From: Betaproteobacteria bacterium
GTDB lineage: Bacteria > Pseudomonadota > Gammaproteobacteria > Burkholderiales > Burkholderiaceae_E
Length of the DNA: 32,475 nucleotides
Direction of reading: 5' to 3'
NCBI GenBank assembly: GCA_009922405.1
Contig: RFVZ01000001.1
Span: 1 to 32,475, forward strand
Numbering within the stretch: the stretch's first letter is position 1; every line of letters starts with the position of its first letter. Under the pieces are notes generated by a model. It saw nothing but the letters and a program-made list of their open reading frames with translations, was not told the DNA's origin and made no database searches. Shown one piece after another: positions 31,135-32,475 of the stretch. The position numbers were made by a program, and so were the translations under genes.

Positions 31135-32420
31135 CCCCGCCTGCTAGACACCTAGTGCGTCGCGCGTTGCTCGCGCGAGCACTCAGAACGGCCTCGATCG
31201 GGCTTGGTGGATGGATCCCCTGGAACATGGCGTCAGCAACGGCCTTGGTGGCGATCCGGATGTGGCCCGCCGCCGATCACACCCGTTTAACCATCGAAAC
31301 TTCTGGACGCCCGGCCTGGACCTCGACCACGCTGAAGGGGCCCGATCGGTTGGTCATCGATCTGGAGGCCAATGCAGCAGGCGAGCGGTTGAATGAACGG
31401 ATCCCGCGAACCCATCCGGACAACCCCTGGATCCGAAAGCTCCTTGTGACTCAGCCGGAGGTGGGCAAAATCCGGTTGACGATCGAGTTCCAAGCAGAAT
31501 CGCGTGCCGACGTCTTTACCCTACTGCCAACGGAGCCCTACCAGCATCGATTGGTCATCGACCTGATCCCGCGCGATGCGCCCGACCCGCTGGCAGCCCT
31601 AATCGATCGACGCCCACCGAACGAACCTGGGCTAGATGCCTTGATCAGGCAGCTGGAAACCGCCCCGAAGCGGTCGGAAAGGGCCGAAATGGCGGAGCGG
31701 CTGGATCGCCCCATCACAATTGCCATCGATCCTGGCCATGGCGGCGAAGATCCGGGCGCAATTGGCCCCGGCGGCACGATGGAAAAAGATGTCACCCTCA
31801 TGATCGCGCAACGGCTTTTTGAACTCACCCAGAAAGACCCTGCCTTGCGCGCCATGTTGACCCGGGACGGGGACTGGTTTGTCCCTCTGAGTGCCCGGGT
31901 GGCGAAGGCGAGACGGGTCAAGGCGGACCTGTTTGTCTCCATTCACGCCGACGCGTTCAGTACCACTAACGCCCGCGGATCTTCCGTTTTTGTGCTGAGC
32001 GAAACCGGCGCCTCGAGCACCGCCGCGCGTTGGCTCGCCACCAAAGAAAATTCAGCGGATCGGGTCGGGGGCGTCAATCTAAGTAGCGCCCCAGAGCGCG
32101 AAGTCCGCCAGCTATTGCTCGATTTGTCCACTACAGCGCAGATTAACGACAGCCTGCGCGTTGGCAATTCGGTCCTGGAAGAGCTCCGGGGCGTCGGACG
32201 CCTGCATAAACCGAGTGTCGAACGCGCTGGGTTCGCGGTGCTCAAAGCACCCGACATTCCGTCCATTCTGGTCGAGACGGCTTTCATCAGCAATCCGGAA
32301 GAAGAATTCAGACTGACCGATGACGCCCATCAGCAGGCCTTGGCCACCGCCTTATATCGGGGGATCAAGCGGTGGCTCGAACGACACAATGCCCGGGGCC
32401 GACCGGGCGCACTCATCTAG
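31131..32420 (+). CDS. N-acetylmuramoyl-L-alanine amidase, AmiC-like (Tat signal + AMIN domain + Amidase_3)
   Basis: 'LVRRALLARALRTASIGLGG' is Tat-like; the AMIN domain reads 'VAIRMWPAADHTRLTIETSGRPAWTSTTLKGPDRLVIDLEA'. The amidase_3 motifs are 'IAIDPGHGGEDPGAIG', 'DLFVSIHADA' and 'PSILVETAFISNPEEE'. The start is uncertain: I favour in-frame TTG 31131 (TTGA overlap with the tsaE stop), and the track ORF begins at 31002. Confidence 0.8.
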   Translation: MTPPARHLVRRALLARALRTASIGLGGWIPWNMASATALVAIRMWPAADHTRLTIETSGRPAWTSTTLKGPDRLVIDLEANAAGERLNERIPRTHPDNPWIRKLLVTQPEVGKIRLTIEFQAESRADVFTLLPTEPYQHRLVIDLIPRDAPDPLAALIDRRPPNEPGLDALIRQLETAPKRSERAEMAERLDRPITIAIDPGHGGEDPGAIGPGGTMEKDVTLMIAQRLFELTQKDPALRAMLTRDGDWFVPLSARVAKARRVKADLFVSIHADAFSTTNARGSSVFVLSETGASSTAARWLATKENSADRVGGVNLSSAPEREVRQLLLDLSTTAQINDSLRVGNSVLEELRGVGRLHKPSVERAGFAVLKAPDIPSILVETAFISNPEEEFRLTDDAHQQALATALYRGIKRWLERHNARGRPGALI

Positions 32421-32475
32421 AGAAAACTCAATTCGAGAAGATCTGGGTGAACTGTCGACCGCGAAATTCGAACGT

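Noticed and set aside
1-32475. A search by eye for rRNA, tRNA, CRISPR arrays, IS/transposase genes, phage genes, toxin-antitoxin pairs or known defence-system genes.
   Set aside because: None was recognised. All ORFs longer than about 150 aa with coding-like composition are accounted for by the housekeeping and polysaccharide genes listed. A covariance-model scan (tRNAscan-SE, Infernal) would be needed to exclude small RNAs formally.

Overview
This is a GC-rich proteobacterial chromosomal segment; spot counts of 60-120 nt stretches gave roughly 53-67 % GC. The gene content and order suggest a betaproteobacterium, but the taxon cannot be fixed from the sequence alone. Housekeeping genes fall into three groups: (1) a partial class III cyclase, a yhiN-like flavoprotein, ybiB and tsaD; (2) a mak-like ROK kinase and plsY; (3) xerD, an AEC transporter, queG, tsaE and an amiC-like amidase. 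Two blocks between them (about 3.7-16.1 kb and 17.8-27.5 kb) together encode what looks like a complete Wzx/Wzy-dependent exopolysaccharide (EPS) pathway. Its parts are a TviB/WbpO-type UDP-N-acetylhexosamine 6-dehydrogenase, a WecB-type 2-epimerase, a WcaJ-type initiating phosphotransferase, three GT4 and one GT26 glycosyltransferases, a Wzx-like flippase and a Wzy-like polymerase. It also has an EpsE/EpsF/EpsG-type export and chain-length trio, an EpsL-like outer-membrane barrel coupled to a VanZ-like protein, a CapK/F390-synthetase-like adenylating enzyme, a heparinase II/III-like lipoprotein and an uncharacterised 393-aa protein. I recognised no rRNA, tRNA, CRISPR, transposase or phage genes. 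The best candidates for new biology are: (1) the EpsG-like 'tyrosine kinase', which has a tandem MshEN-like (c-di-GMP receptor) motif, Arg in place of the Walker-A Lys and no C-terminal tyrosines; (2) the unassigned modifying enzymes of a probable acetamido-uronic-acid polymer; (3) a decayed acyltransferase gene where the two operons converge; (4) an 11-bp-phased CAGCTC hexamer array plus a strong terminator directly upstream of plsY, which heads the export operon. All family calls come from motif recognition by eye, with no database search run.
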